Positions 39,259 through 49,934 of a stretch of 64,000 nucleotides of DNA are shown here, piece after piece; position 1 is the first letter of the stretch, and each line of letters begins with the position of its first letter. The notes under the pieces are model-generated. The model made no database searches. It saw nothing but the letters and a program-made list of their open reading frames with translations, and had not been told where the DNA came from. Origin of the DNA: Acidimicrobiia bacterium. Lineage in GTDB: Bacteria > Actinomycetota > Acidimicrobiia > Spongiisociales > ZC4RG35. Both the position numbers and the translations under genes were made by a program. The stretch is taken from contig CBDBCY010000004.1 in assembly GCA_965203555.1 (NCBI GenBank), positions 1,568,001 to 1,632,000 of the forward strand. Reading direction: 5' to 3'.

Positions 39259-40641
39259 TTACCCGCGTACCTGGATTCGCTGAAACCAATACGAGAACAA
39301 TTCGGAGGCGACCGGAGCGGCGGCGGTTCCCCCGGTAACGGACTCACCGAATTCCCCTCCCGGTTCGATCATCACCGCCAGGGCGATGGTGGGGTCCTCC
39401 ACCGGGGCGAACCCCACGAACCAGGCGTGGTTGCGCCCCTGGGTGTCCCGCCCGGTCCCGGTCTTTCCGGCCACACGGTGCCCGGCCACCGTGGCATCCA
39501 TGCCGGTACCTTCGGTAACCACCCGCTCCATCATCCTGGCCATCTCCGAGGCCGTTTCCTCGGAGATCGCTCGCACTCCGGGGACAGTGCCTCTCACCTC
39601 CAGGACCTCGCCGTCCGCATCGGTCCAGGCAGCGGTCAGGTACGGAGCGATCATCTCGCCTCCGTTGGCCACCGCGGCAGCCACCACCGCCATGTGAAGA
39701 GGAGAGGACATGGCCAGCCTGCCGGCGCCGGCGGAAGCCAATAGCGCGGTATCCGAGGATCGCTCGCCACCGAACAGCGGCGCCGGAGCAGGGAGTGGGA
39801 ACTCGATCTCCACCCCGAATCCAAAAGCTGTGGCGTAGCTCTCCAAGATCTCCGGCCCCATCTCCAGAGCCAGCTCCGCGAAGACCACATTGCAGGAAAG
39901 GACAAATGAGGTAAGCAGGCTGACCTGGGGAGCATCACCACATGGAACATTCCCGGGATTGACAATGGCAAAGGAGCCTTCGGGAATCTGCCACGAAGCT
40001 CGGTCTTCGAACGAGCTCTGCGCATCGGCGACCTGTGTGTCCAGGGCAGCCGCGGCGGTGACGATCTTGAATGCCGACCCCAGCGGATAGCGGTCACCGG
40101 CGGCTCTCTCCGCCAGTGACGGTCCCGGTGAGGAAACCAGCGCCAGGACTGCTCCGGTATACGGGTCGACGGCCGCCAATGCCCCCCGGCGCCCCGCCAG
40201 AATGTCATAAGCGGTCTGCTGAAGGTCGGGATCCAAGGTGATTTGAAGACCGCGGGGACGGAGGTCTTCGCCAAAGAACGCCGCCATCAGATCCGAGACA
40301 CTCAGGTCCCGGCGGGAACGAAGCTCGTCTTCATACACGTCCTCCAACCCTCCGGTCGATGCTCCCGTGCCCATAACCGCGGCGAAGGCTTCCCCCGCCG
40401 GATACCGGCGGACATAGGACCGGGGACTTTGAGGGTCCTGCGCGGAGTAGGCCAGGACGGTCCCCGACACCGTGCTTATCAAGCCCCGTTCCTTGCCGGC
40501 CTGGAAGAGTGCGATCCGACGATTGTCGGGATGGCCTCGGTAACGATCGGCCATTACCCCCTGATGCCAGGTGGCACCCACCACCAACACGGCCATTCCC
40601 GTCAACAGAAAGAGGGCAAGGCTGCGGATGGGCCGATTCAC
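39259..40641 (-). CDS. pbpA: class B penicillin-binding protein (PbpA-like)
   Basis: SAFK, SCN and KTG motifs; synteny with rodA/pknB. Confidence 0.85.
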   Translation of the reverse strand: MNRPIRSLALFLLTGMAVLVVGATWHQGVMADRYRGHPDNRRIALFQAGKERGLISTVSGTVLAYSAQDPQSPRSYVRRYPAGEAFAAVMGTGASTGGLEDVYEDELRSRRDLSVSDLMAAFFGEDLRPRGLQITLDPDLQQTAYDILAGRRGALAAVDPYTGAVLALVSSPGPSLAERAAGDRYPLGSAFKIVTAAAALDTQVADAQSSFEDRASWQIPEGSFAIVNPGNVPCGDAPQVSLLTSFVLSCNVVFAELALEMGPEILESYATAFGFGVEIEFPLPAPAPLFGGERSSDTALLASAGAGRLAMSSPLHMAVVAAAVANGGEMIAPYLTAAWTDADGEVLEVRGTVPGVRAISEETASEMARMMERVVTEGTGMDATVAGHRVAGKTGTGRDTQGRNHAWFVGFAPVEDPTIALAVMIEPGGEFGESVTGGTAAAPVASELFSYWFQRIQVRG

Positions 40642-41912
40642 AGGGGACCCCGTTCTTCATCACTGATTCTTAGTAGCAGGCCTATCACCAGCCATCCCGC
40701 CAGCAGGGAAAAGCCGCCATGAGCCAGAAAGGGCAATGTCATCCTGGTGGGTGGCGTCAGACGCTCCAGTCCACCCGCTCCAGCCAGGAACATCAAGCCC
40801 AGGAGAGCAGTCAAAGACCCTGCGGCCACCTTGCTGAAGAGATCACGAGAACCCAGCGCCACCCCCATTCCCACTGCAATCACCAACGCATGGAGCGCTA
40901 TCACCGCCACGGTCCCGGCCAACCCCAACTCCTCGCCCAGGGCAGCCAGAATCCAGTCGCTAGCGGCGTGAGGCACCAGATCGGGATCACCCATTCCCAG
41001 CCCGGAGCCGGACAGGTTGCCGCTGCCCCAGGCCAGCAGGCTCTCTCGCAGACCGATGTCTCCCTCAGCCCTTGAAAAGGGATCCAGCCAAACCCCAATC
41101 GTCTCCCTCACCCGAGATGAAGTTAGACCCAAAAGGGCCCCGCCTCCCACCAGGACCAGGGCGGTCCATGCCACCCGATACTCTCCCGTCGCCAGGAAAG
41201 CAACGCAGGCGGAGAGAACAACCACCGTGATCCAGGCGGTGAGATCACCGGTGGCCCACAGCATAGGAAGGGTCGCCAGCCACACTGCGGCGATCACCAA
41301 CAGATGGCGCCACCTCAGAAGCCAGATTCCAGATTGCGTCGTCGCCGCGACATCCGCCGCCCATCGAGAATGGATACCGGCCAGGCCGACCGCCAGGAGG
41401 ACCAGGCCCAAGCCGAAGGGTTGGATCAGGAATCGTTCTCCTCCCCGGTCCAACGACAACCACAGACCGAGATCGTCATCGGGGAGACTCCTGAACAGAC
41501 GGGAGAGAAACGGCACGACGATCAGGAACAGCCCGCCAATGGCCAACGGGTAGCCTGCTGACACAATCCTTCCCACTCCCCACCGGAAGGCCAGGAGCAC
41601 ACCTGTCGCCGCCACGACACCCGCAACCACCCACCACATTTGCAGGGAACCCGCGCCAGGATCGATGCGATAGATTTCCACGAGGCCCAGGGCCACCAGC
41701 AGAGCGGTGGGCGGTAGCAGGAAAGGAGAGGCGTCGGGGGCCCAACGGGCCACCGACGCCAGCAGACCCGCCAGGGCGCCGGCGTACACGAGCAGAAACA
41801 CCAACGGCGTCCACCCGATCTGCCCGCTCTTCCCGAAGTCGACCAGCGCCGCTCCCAAGCCGGCGCCTGCTGCCGAACCGGCCAGCAGGGCCGCCTCGGT
41901 AATCCTTCTCAT
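40638..41912 (-). CDS. rodA: SEDS family protein (RodA/FtsW)
   Basis: GSGLG.G..P....D......GEELG, LPFLAHGG; synteny. Confidence 0.82.
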   Translation of the reverse strand: MRRITEAALLAGSAAGAGLGAALVDFGKSGQIGWTPLVFLLVYAGALAGLLASVARWAPDASPFLLPPTALLVALGLVEIYRIDPGAGSLQMWWVVAGVVAATGVLLAFRWGVGRIVSAGYPLAIGGLFLIVVPFLSRLFRSLPDDDLGLWLSLDRGGERFLIQPFGLGLVLLAVGLAGIHSRWAADVAATTQSGIWLLRWRHLLVIAAVWLATLPMLWATGDLTAWITVVVLSACVAFLATGEYRVAWTALVLVGGGALLGLTSSRVRETIGVWLDPFSRAEGDIGLRESLLAWGSGNLSGSGLGMGDPDLVPHAASDWILAALGEELGLAGTVAVIALHALVIAVGMGVALGSRDLFSKVAAGSLTALLGLMFLAGAGGLERLTPPTRMTLPFLAHGGFSLLAGWLVIGLLLRISDEERGPL

Positions 41913-42610
41913 AGGGTTATGTCAGCAACAACTGCGGTGACGTTGTCCGAGGCGCCTCTACCCAACGCCGACTCCACCAGACTCCACACACACTCCTCGG
42001 TATCGCCGGTGGCGAGGATTCTCTTCAGTCGGCGATCAGAGAGCATCCGGTAGAGCCCGTCGGAACAGACCAGCCACCGGTCGCCATCCAGCACACCGGT
42101 CTCCGTCTCCTCCACCTCGAGCCACTGATCGAATCCCAGGACCCTGACCAGGCTCCCCGCCTTGGGCATGTTGTGGGCCACCCTCGGGTCAACCCCTTGC
42201 TTGATTCGCTGCCATGCCGCGGTGTGATCGTTGGTCAGCACCGTGATACGGTTGTTCCGAAGTAGATACGCTCGGGTATCACCGACATGGGCAATACGGG
42301 CCATCCCTTCGCCAAACTCCATCAAAGTCAGGGTGGTGTAGGTCCCGGTCCAGCGGGGCTCCTTCTCAACCAGGTCCAGGATGGCCTGGTTGGCCGCTCT
42401 TGCCCGATCAGAGGGAGATCCGTCGGCGCCCTGGGCAGTGTTGACCGCCAGATCTGCAGCCACATGTCCGAACTTCTCCCCTCCCAAGCCGTCGGCCACC
42501 ATGACGACCACCGGCGCCTCGGAACTTCCCGAGCCAAGCGGGAACATCCGATCCTGGTTGATTTCAGGACCGAATCCGATGTGGGTAGCCGAAGCCCACG
42601 TGCAGTTCAT
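41909..42610 (-). CDS. PP2C-family Ser/Thr phosphatase (PstP-like, no TM)
   Basis: NQD, VADGLGG, HVGDTRAY, CSDGL, DNVT. Confidence 0.9.
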   Translation of the reverse strand: MNCTWASATHIGFGPEINQDRMFPLGSGSSEAPVVVMVADGLGGEKFGHVAADLAVNTAQGADGSPSDRARAANQAILDLVEKEPRWTGTYTTLTLMEFGEGMARIAHVGDTRAYLLRNNRITVLTNDHTAAWQRIKQGVDPRVAHNMPKAGSLVRVLGFDQWLEVEETETGVLDGDRWLVCSDGLYRMLSDRRLKRILATGDTEECVWSLVESALGRGASDNVTAVVADITL

Positions 42611-43020
42611 CTGACCTCCAGCACCGTTCTCCCCACTTGCAGGGCGTCTCCCCGCACCAAGTCAACCGGGTTTCGCAGTTTGCGTCCGTTGAGATAGGTA
42701 CCGCTGGCGCTACCCAGGTCGCTGGCCGACAGCTTTCCCCGACGACGGCTGATCCGAAGGTGGAACTCCGACGCGTAGGGGTCATCAATGGGAATGTCGG
42801 CGTCAGGGCTTTTGCCCAACACCACTGAGTCCGCCACCGCAAAATGCATACCCGCCTGGGATTCGGAGCGAACAAACACCAGCCTGGATCCACGCCGGGA
42901 AACGCGGGTGGGGATGCGCAGTCCCATGTATTCGACAAGGGCCCGAGCCACGTACCAGACGAAAAGGTAAATCAACGCCAAGAAGATGAAGCGAAGTGCG
43001 GTAAGCAAGAAATCCGTCAC
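42607..43020 (-). CDS. FHA domain protein (FhaB/FipA-like)
   Basis: N-terminal TM helix, GK..DDPYAS..H, DLGS..GTYLNG. Confidence 0.88.
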   Translation of the reverse strand: MTDFLLTALRFIFLALIYLFVWYVARALVEYMGLRIPTRVSRRGSRLVFVRSESQAGMHFAVADSVVLGKSPDADIPIDDPYASEFHLRISRRRGKLSASDLGSASGTYLNGRKLRNPVDLVRGDALQVGRTVLEVR

Positions 43021-43155
43021 CGATGGCTTCTCCCTGACCAGTCCGCACGGCACATAATCCCCAATTGTATGTCTTCGGGAAAGTCAGACACCCTCCCTTT
43101 GATCGATATCTTTCTTCACACCCGGTCAGGGCAGGTTACAATCAGAAATCCGTAG

Positions 43156-43244
43156 GGGCGAGTGGCGAAATTGGCAGACGCGCAGGATTCAGGATCCTGT
43201 GGGCTTTAAAACCCGTGGGGGTTCAAGTCCCCCCTCGCCCACCA
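43156..43244 (+). tRNA. tRNA-Leu(CAG)
   Basis: GGGCGAG/CTCGCCC acceptor stem, CAGGA-TTCAGGA-TCCTG anticodon arm, long variable arm, TTCAA loop, CCA. Confidence 0.96.
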
Positions 43245-43562
43245 CGGGGTCTTAGCGATTCAGCGGGGACGCGCCGGTGTTTGCCTGGGTTTGGGGACTG
43301 TGACCGTTTCGGGCGTGTTTGAAGCTGGTCGGCAGCGGTGTGGTGGTTGCCCGTTGAGTGAGGTTTGTGTTTCCGGGGGCGTGAGGTTGCGCCTTGAACC
43401 CGTGGAGGATCGCGCCCTGGGCGCATAACTGTCCGGCACCGGATCTCCCAGCAGGGATCGGCGTCGACGAAAGCACTGCCCTTGGCAATGCAGGACAGAA
43501 GATTAGTCTCCAAGCTTTACCGGTACCGTAGCAGTCATCCCAAACGGAGACGGAGGAGCAAC

Positions 43563-44234
43563 ATGTTGAAGGTTTCGCTGGACAGGCTTGGCGGATGGTC
43601 TCTGATCTGCGGCCCCTTGCTGGCCATAGTCTTCTTCCTGGTCGAACCCGGGGGCCTGCTGATCGACACAGCCGATCCGTTGGACCCGGTGGAGGCTGCC
43701 ACGGCCCTGGCGTCCAACTCCGTACTGACGGACATTACGGCGCTGGGGGCTGCGCTCGGGACGGTCTTGGGGTTGTTCGGGCTGTTCGTTGTCCAACGTC
43801 AAGGGAGGTCCACTGACGAGGGATACGCCCTGTCGCTCCTGGGCTTCTTCTTCGTGGCCATCGGCATAACGGGGTCGGTCATCATCCAGGGGCTGAACCA
43901 CGTAGTCGCGCACGCGAAGAGCGTGGAAGCGGCTTTGCCCGTATACCAGGTGAGTTGGGGCATGGGACTGACAACGGGGATCTTCCTCGCGGTGGGGTTA
44001 CTGGGATTCAGTCTTGGCCTGGCCTGCCGGGACGACATCAACAGGACAATGGCCCTGCTGGTGGCCCTGGCTTCAGCGTTGTCCCTGGTCTGCCTGGTCA
44101 TCGGAGTGGTTGCTCCGGCAGACTCGCAGTTGAGCAACCTGATACTGATTGCGGGCGTGGCGTATGTCGTATGGATTCCCTGGACGGTGGTGCTGGGAGT
44201 CGGACTGATCAGGAGCGAAGCGAATACTCCATAG
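43563..44234 (+). CDS. multi-pass membrane protein, unknown function
   Basis: About six hydrophobic segments; GGAGGAG RBS. Confidence 0.7.
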   Translation: MLKVSLDRLGGWSLICGPLLAIVFFLVEPGGLLIDTADPLDPVEAATALASNSVLTDITALGAALGTVLGLFGLFVVQRQGRSTDEGYALSLLGFFFVAIGITGSVIIQGLNHVVAHAKSVEAALPVYQVSWGMGLTTGIFLAVGLLGFSLGLACRDDINRTMALLVALASALSLVCLVIGVVAPADSQLSNLILIAGVAYVVWIPWTVVLGVGLIRSEANTP

Positions 44235-44354
44235 CCGGAAGAACGGTGGTTTGTGGGGTGGGCGAGGGTGAAATGCTGTGAAGTGCCTCTCTGACCTGGG
44301 AAAGTAGCCGTAAGCAAAACAGAGCTGTGCCCTGGGCAGAGGAGGCACTTCTCA

Positions 44355-44620
44355 TGGGAATGACAGCCAATTCTTTGACCGGTTGGAGGTGAGGTTCGAC
44401 GAGGGGTCCTTGGTGGCGGGAAGTCTTCTGTCCCGGTTGGGTGTGGAACGGTTGGTGGACGACACGGTGAGCATGGACGGTCGCCCGGGCGGCGCCCGTC
44501 GGGTCGCAAGATACTGTCGTTGGTGGCGTCGATGCTGTTGGGCGGCACCCATATCGATCATGCCGATCGGCTGGGGTCCGCAGCCACCCCGTAGGGTGCT
44601 GCCGTTTCGGGTGATGGATT
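44355..44620 (+). mobile_element. IS1380-family transposase remnant
   Basis: RLEVRFDEGSLV...LVDDTV...GRKILSLVASMLLGGTHIDHADRL...VLPFRVM across frameshifts and a stop. Confidence 0.65.
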
Positions 44621-44946
44621 CCCGCCGCGGGATGACGAAAACAACCTGTCGCGATTGGCCGACGAGCCCATCTGCACACCTCGGACCGATGCCGGAGGCA
44701 AATGCGCGGCGTCCCATCAGCACCGTGGTCTAACCGGAACCTGTTCTCAGGTCCGAGATACGCCGACCGCCCGCAGGCAGGCGGTCGCCCGGTCCCCCAG
44801 GAAGATGAAATCTCATCGTCATCTAAACTGACACACCTGGTCGCGCTATTGTGGTTGGCGGCCCCCAACCTTGTGGTAGCCGGAGGAAACCCGAACCGGC
44901 CCGAGACGCAAAGCCCCGATTACAGCCCTGCTAAAATTGCCGCTAA

Positions 44947-44965
44947 AGTGATAATGATTATCACT
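44947..44965 (+). promoter_or_regulatory. Zur/Fur-family box upstream of znuA
   Basis: Perfect 9-1-9 palindrome AGTGATAAT-G-ATTATCACT. Confidence 0.8.
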
Positions 44966-45025
44966 ATCGGCGATTCGCCCGCGAATACGCCGATGAGCGA
45001 AATGGAGTAAAAGGAGAAACCTGAA

Positions 45026-46414
45026 GTGTTGAAAATGCTAGATCGCTATATAGGCCCCGGACGTCTGGTTCGGGCGTTGACTGTGGGCCTTGTCATACTG
45101 GGTGCGGTTTTCCTGGCTGCCTGCGGGGATGACCAGGACACGCAGACAACGGAAGAACCGCAGCAAACTACCACCACGGAAAGTGCCCCACCCTCCGAGC
45201 CCCCCATCCAGGTGGTGACGACCACCAACTTTGTGGCTGACTGGGCTCGGATAGTAGGTGGAGAAAGGGTGGAGGTCTTCGGCCTGCTGCCACCGGGTGG
45301 CGACCCGCACTCATTCCAGCCGGGAGCGCGCGACGTTGCCAGGGTGGCGGATGCGGATGTCGTGTTCACCGTCGGTCTCGGCTTGGAGGCCGTCTGGCTG
45401 GAAGAACTGGTACACAGCGCCAGCGCCGATGAGTCCAAGATTGTGGCGCTTGGTGAGGTGGTCGATCCCATGGAGTTCGCCACGGCCGATATGCATGACG
45501 ACCACGCCGACCACGACGATGAGGCCGATATGCATGACCACGAAGACGAGGCCGACCATGACGACCACGCCGACCACGACGACGAGGCCGATATGCATGA
45601 CCACGACGACGAGGCCGACCATGACGACCACGCCGACCACGACGACGAGGCCGATATGCATGACCACGAAGACGAGGCCGACCATGACGACCACGCCGAC
45701 CACGACGACGAGGCCGATATGCATGACCACGACGACGAGGCCGACCATGACGACCACGCCGACCACGACGACGAGGCCGATATGCATGACCACGACGACG
45801 AGGCCGATCACGACGACCACGCCGACCACGACGACGAGGCCGATATGCATGACGACGGGCATGACGATCACGGACACGCGCACGGTCCTTTGGATCCCCA
45901 CTTCTGGTTCGATCCGATCCGGGTGAAGGCCGCGGTCAATGAAATAGCCAACCGGCTTTCGGCCATAGATGCCGAGAACGCGGATGTCTATCGTCAGAAC
46001 GCCTCGGATTATGGGAAGCAGCTCGACGAGCTTCACGCCTGGATCCAGGAGCAGGTCGGTATGTTGGCGCCGGAGCGCAGACTGCTGGTCACGTCGCATG
46101 ACAGCCTCTCGTACTTCGCAGAGGTCTATGGATTCGAGGTGGTCGGACTGGTGATACCGTCCTTGGCGACTCATGTCGAGCCCTCTGCGGAGCACATTGC
46201 GGGGCTGGTCGACGTGGTACGGGAACACAACGTTCCGGCCCTGTTCGGCGAGACAACGGTCAGCGACAAGTTGGCGCAAGCCGTGGCGAATGAAACCGGC
46301 GCCAGCCTTGTCCAGCTCTACTCGGGCTCCCTCGGGGCGGAGGGCAGCGGCGCTGACACTTACCTAACCATGGTGCGAACCAACGTGGAACGCATTGTCG
46401 GGGCATTGAAGTAA
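45026..46414 (+). CDS. Zn/Mn ABC substrate-binding lipoprotein (ZnuA/AdcA-like) with very long His/Asp loop
   Basis: Lipobox LAAC, DPHSF, DPHFW, HDSL.YF. Confidence 0.93.
   Translation: MLKMLDRYIGPGRLVRALTVGLVILGAVFLAACGDDQDTQTTEEPQQTTTTESAPPSEPPIQVVTTTNFVADWARIVGGERVEVFGLLPPGGDPHSFQPGARDVARVADADVVFTVGLGLEAVWLEELVHSASADESKIVALGEVVDPMEFATADMHDDHADHDDEADMHDHEDEADHDDHADHDDEADMHDHDDEADHDDHADHDDEADMHDHEDEADHDDHADHDDEADMHDHDDEADHDDHADHDDEADMHDHDDEADHDDHADHDDEADMHDDGHDDHGHAHGPLDPHFWFDPIRVKAAVNEIANRLSAIDAENADVYRQNASDYGKQLDELHAWIQEQVGMLAPERRLLVTSHDSLSYFAEVYGFEVVGLVIPSLATHVEPSAEHIAGLVDVVREHNVPALFGETTVSDKLAQAVANETGASLVQLYSGSLGAEGSGADTYLTMVRTNVERIVGALK
45524..45838 (+). repeat. five 63-bp tandem repeats encoding ADMHDH(E/D)DEADHDDHADHDDE
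   Basis: Unit starts at 45524, 45587, 45650, 45713 and 45776, plus partial flanking copies. Confidence 0.92.
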
Positions 46415-46424
46415 TAGGGGCATA

Positions 46425-47192
46425 TTGATCACCGATCCGACCTCGCACCGGGCGACCATGTCGCTTCAGGGCGTGACCGTCGAGTTCGACGGGTACCAGG
46501 CCCTGAGCGATGTCACCTTCGAGGTTGATGCGGGCACCCTGATGGGTGTCGTGGGACCGAATGGCGCCGGCAAGAGCACTCTTTTCAATGCGATTGCCGG
46601 CGTCCTTCCGGTCCGCCGGGGCAAAGTAACCCTCCACCATGCGGGAGAAGAAGGCGGAGAGTTGGCGTACGTGCCTCAACGGGAAAGCGTCAACTGGCGG
46701 CTGCCGGTGACCGCGGAGGAGGTCGTGATGATGGGCCGCTGCTGCAAACTGGGATGGTTCCGGCGGCCCGGGAAGAGAGATCGAGAGATCGTCCATGCCT
46801 GCCTGGGTCGAGTGGGCCTGTGGGATGAACGCTCCACTCTGATGACGGAGCTGTCGGGAGGGCAGCGCCAGAGGGTGTTCATCGGCAGGGCGCTGGCCCA
46901 GGAGGCAAGCGTGCTCCTGTTGGATGAGGCCTTCAGCGGGGTTGACGCCGGCGCCCAGGAAGACCTGATCGAGGTCCTCCAGACCCTCCGAGACGAAGGG
47001 CGAATCATCCTTGTGGCGACCCACGACCTGACCAACCTGGCCGGTCGCTTCGACCAGGTCCTGTGTCTGAATCGCCACGTGTGCGCCTGCGGTCCTCCCA
47101 ACCAGGTGTTCACGTCCGAGGTCATGGAGGAGATGTACGGCGCCCACGGTGTGCACCTCACCACGGACGAGGAGCGCCAACCCTCGACGTGA
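46425..47192 (+). CDS. metal ABC ATP-binding protein (ZnuC-like)
   Basis: GPNGAGKST, YVPQR, LSGGQRQR, LLDE. Confidence 0.92.
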   Translation: MITDPTSHRATMSLQGVTVEFDGYQALSDVTFEVDAGTLMGVVGPNGAGKSTLFNAIAGVLPVRRGKVTLHHAGEEGGELAYVPQRESVNWRLPVTAEEVVMMGRCCKLGWFRRPGKRDREIVHACLGRVGLWDERSTLMTELSGGQRQRVFIGRALAQEASVLLLDEAFSGVDAGAQEDLIEVLQTLRDEGRIILVATHDLTNLAGRFDQVLCLNRHVCACGPPNQVFTSEVMEEMYGAHGVHLTTDEERQPST

Positions 47193-48007
47193 TGGATTTC
47201 CTCGTCGTACCACTGGAGCACAGCTTCATGGTGAGAGCCCTGATCGGCTCGATTCTGGTGGGCGTGATGTGTCCCCTGGTCGGAGCGTACGCCGTCACCA
47301 GGAACCTCGCCTTCATCGGGGACGCTCTCGCCCACGCCGTGCTTCCGGGAATTGTGCTCGGGTTCATAGTCGGCATCAACCCGGCGATAGCCGCAGTCCC
47401 GACCGGGGTCGCCGTCGCCATGCTGGTCAGGACATTGAGCCAGCGGGCGGGTCTCAGCTCGGATACTTCCATAGGCATTCTGTTTGCGACCATGTTTGCC
47501 CTGGGACTGGTGATGCTGGCGACGTCAAGGACGATCACGGTCGATATTGAAGACCTGCTTCTCGGGCAGATCCTGGCAATAACCCCCTCCGACATCTACG
47601 TGTCGCTGGTGATAACCGTGATGGTCATCCTGGGGCTGTTCGCCTTCCACCATTGGCTGCTCTTTACCAGCTTTGACCCCCTGGGGGCGCAGGTCGTCGG
47701 CGTACGCGCCAACATCGTGGAGTACGCATTTTTGGTCCTGCTCGCCCTCGTCATAGTGATAGGGATTCAGGCGGCGGGCATCGTCTTGGTCATGGCAATG
47801 CTGGTAACACCCGCCGCCACCGCCTACCTGTTGGTGAAGCGTTTTGTAACGGTCATAATGACGGCCGCGGCGTTGGGGACCGCGGCCGCCGTCACCGGCC
47901 TCTACGCCTCCTACTATTTCAATCTGCCGACCGGTCCGGCCATGACCCTGGCGGCAAGCGGGTTCTTCGTACTGGTCGTCTCATTCAGACGAAGAGCCCC
48001 GGTGTGA
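47189..48007 (+). CDS. metal ABC permease (ZnuB-like)
   Basis: GDALAHAVLPG, LLGQIL, SFDP. Confidence 0.92.
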   Translation: MMDFLVVPLEHSFMVRALIGSILVGVMCPLVGAYAVTRNLAFIGDALAHAVLPGIVLGFIVGINPAIAAVPTGVAVAMLVRTLSQRAGLSSDTSIGILFATMFALGLVMLATSRTITVDIEDLLLGQILAITPSDIYVSLVITVMVILGLFAFHHWLLFTSFDPLGAQVVGVRANIVEYAFLVLLALVIVIGIQAAGIVLVMAMLVTPAATAYLLVKRFVTVIMTAAALGTAAAVTGLYASYYFNLPTGPAMTLAASGFFVLVVSFRRRAPV

Positions 48008-48122
48008 GAGCCCTCTGATTCGAGAGCAGTTCATGGTCGGGGTCCCGCATTCGGGCCGATCGAGTCCCCCGCCCATGGCGGCTGCAATGCCCTTGACGCA
48101 GGTCGCGTAGGGCTTGAACCGT

Positions 48123-49934
48123 CTATTCGGTGGAAACACGCCGGGCAGCCTCGGTCTGTGCCGCGATCAGCGAAGGGTAGGCAAAGCCGTGAGCAAGAAG
48201 GTGGTCGTGGGTGCCCTGTTCCACGACTCGCCCTTCCTCGAGGACGACAATACGGTCGGCGCTGCGAATCGTCGACAGCCGGTGAGCGATGACCAGTGTC
48301 GCCCGCCCCTCACGCACGGCTTGGAGCGCCAGGTTGAGTTCCTGCTCGTTGCGAGTGTCCAGACTCGAGACGGCTTCGTCGAGGACCAGCACCGGTGAGT
48401 CCTTCAGCAGGGCGCGGGCGATCGCGATACGCTGGCGCTGGCCGCCGGACATCTGGACGCCGCGCTCGCCTGCGACAGTGTCGTAGCCCCGGGGCATTTC
48501 GGTGATGAACTCATGCGCCTGGGCCGCCCGGGCTGCGTTCTCCACCTCGGCGTCGGTGGCGCCGGGGAGCGCCATGCGAATGTTCTCCCGTAGGCTCGTA
48601 TTAAAGAGGTAAATGTCCTGGGGCACCCAGGCGATGGTCTCTCGAAGGAAATGCTGGGGCAGGTGGCGCACGTCGTGTCCCCCGACGGCAATGGTCCCGG
48701 CGTCAGCGTCCCAGAATCGCATCAGCAGACTGGCGCAGGTGGTCTTCCCGGCCCCGGAATGGCCCACCAGCGCCACGGTTTCCCCGGGTGTAATCTCGAA
48801 TGAGACGTCCTGGAGCGCGGGATCCCCGCCGCCGGGGTAGCCAAATGTCACCCCTGCGAAAGTGACACGGGGCTCCACGTCGAAATCTGGAGGTGTGGCC
48901 CCCGGCGCGTCCGTTACCGGCGCCGGTTCGCGCAACAGGTGGAAGGCGCGATCGGCTGAGGCGAAGACGATCCCCAGGTTCTGGGCCACCGAGGCGATGG
49001 CGTGAATCGGGCCGAAGACGAAGATCGCCAGCGTAACGGCCACCGGATAGTAGGCAGGATCGAGCTCACCTTGGTTGACCTGGACTGCGGCAACCGCCAC
49101 GACGCCCAGCATGCCGCCGCTCACGAACGCCGCCACGGCAGCCTGCTCGACCCCGGCCCGCATCCCATGGGCCAGCTGGGAGCGGACCAACCGGTTGCTG
49201 TGGGACTCGAGGTTGGCGAGAAACCTCCGCTGGTACCCGAAGGACACCAACTCCCGCAGACCCTGAACGCCGTCCACAACCTCGGCGTTCAGATTGCCCA
49301 GGTCGGCCCTCAGCGCTCCTCCCTGCCTGGCGGCGCGGCGGCGCAGCACGAATGGCACGGTCGCCACCAGCAGGGCGAACGGGAGAAGCGTGAGCGGCAG
49401 GGTCCAGTGCATCAATCCCAGCGTCACGAATGCCATGAGCGGCACAAGGACAGCCACGAAGAACGTTCCGACAGTATGGGCATAGAACCACTCGACGGTT
49501 TCGATGTCGGCCATGGCGGCAGACGCCACGTCGCCGGACCGCCGCTGCATCAGGTACCCGGGGGCGAGCCTTTCAATTGCGTCATAGAGGTGACCGCGCA
49601 GGTCGGCAAGTATCCGGTAGGCCAAATCGTGCGACAGCCACATCTCCGCCCAGGCCATCACGGCCCGAAGGATGACGGCAGCCGCCAGGGCCGCCGCAGG
49701 CCCACGAAGGTCGGCGGCCGTGGCGCCGCCGGCGACCTGGCCGACCATATAGGCGCCGAGCGCGGCAGAGGCAATCGTGGCGCCGTGGTTCAACACGCCT
49801 GTCACCATCGAGAGGGTCATCAGGCCGAAGTAGCCTCGGATCATCCACAGGAGCTGCCAGAACCCCGAGGAGAACCGTGTCTTTTTCTCTGCGTTCTCCG
49901 TCCGCTCGGTCATCCGGTTGGTCATGGTGCTCAC
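48123..49934 (-). CDS. ABC transporter permease/ATPase (YbtQ/IrtB/CydC-like)
   Basis: TMD plus GHSGAGKTT and MSGGQRQR; paired with the next gene. Confidence 0.88.
   Translation of the reverse strand: MSTMTNRMTERTENAEKKTRFSSGFWQLLWMIRGYFGLMTLSMVTGVLNHGATIASAALGAYMVGQVAGGATAADLRGPAAALAAAVILRAVMAWAEMWLSHDLAYRILADLRGHLYDAIERLAPGYLMQRRSGDVASAAMADIETVEWFYAHTVGTFFVAVLVPLMAFVTLGLMHWTLPLTLLPFALLVATVPFVLRRRAARQGGALRADLGNLNAEVVDGVQGLRELVSFGYQRRFLANLESHSNRLVRSQLAHGMRAGVEQAAVAAFVSGGMLGVVAVAAVQVNQGELDPAYYPVAVTLAIFVFGPIHAIASVAQNLGIVFASADRAFHLLREPAPVTDAPGATPPDFDVEPRVTFAGVTFGYPGGGDPALQDVSFEITPGETVALVGHSGAGKTTCASLLMRFWDADAGTIAVGGHDVRHLPQHFLRETIAWVPQDIYLFNTSLRENIRMALPGATDAEVENAARAAQAHEFITEMPRGYDTVAGERGVQMSGGQRQRIAIARALLKDSPVLVLDEAVSSLDTRNEQELNLALQAVREGRATLVIAHRLSTIRSADRIVVLEEGRVVEQGTHDHLLAHGFAYPSLIAAQTEAARRVSTE

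Noticed and set aside
43245-43480. Prophage or integrative element at tRNA-Leu
   Set aside because: No integrase and no duplicated tRNA 3' end found in the window.
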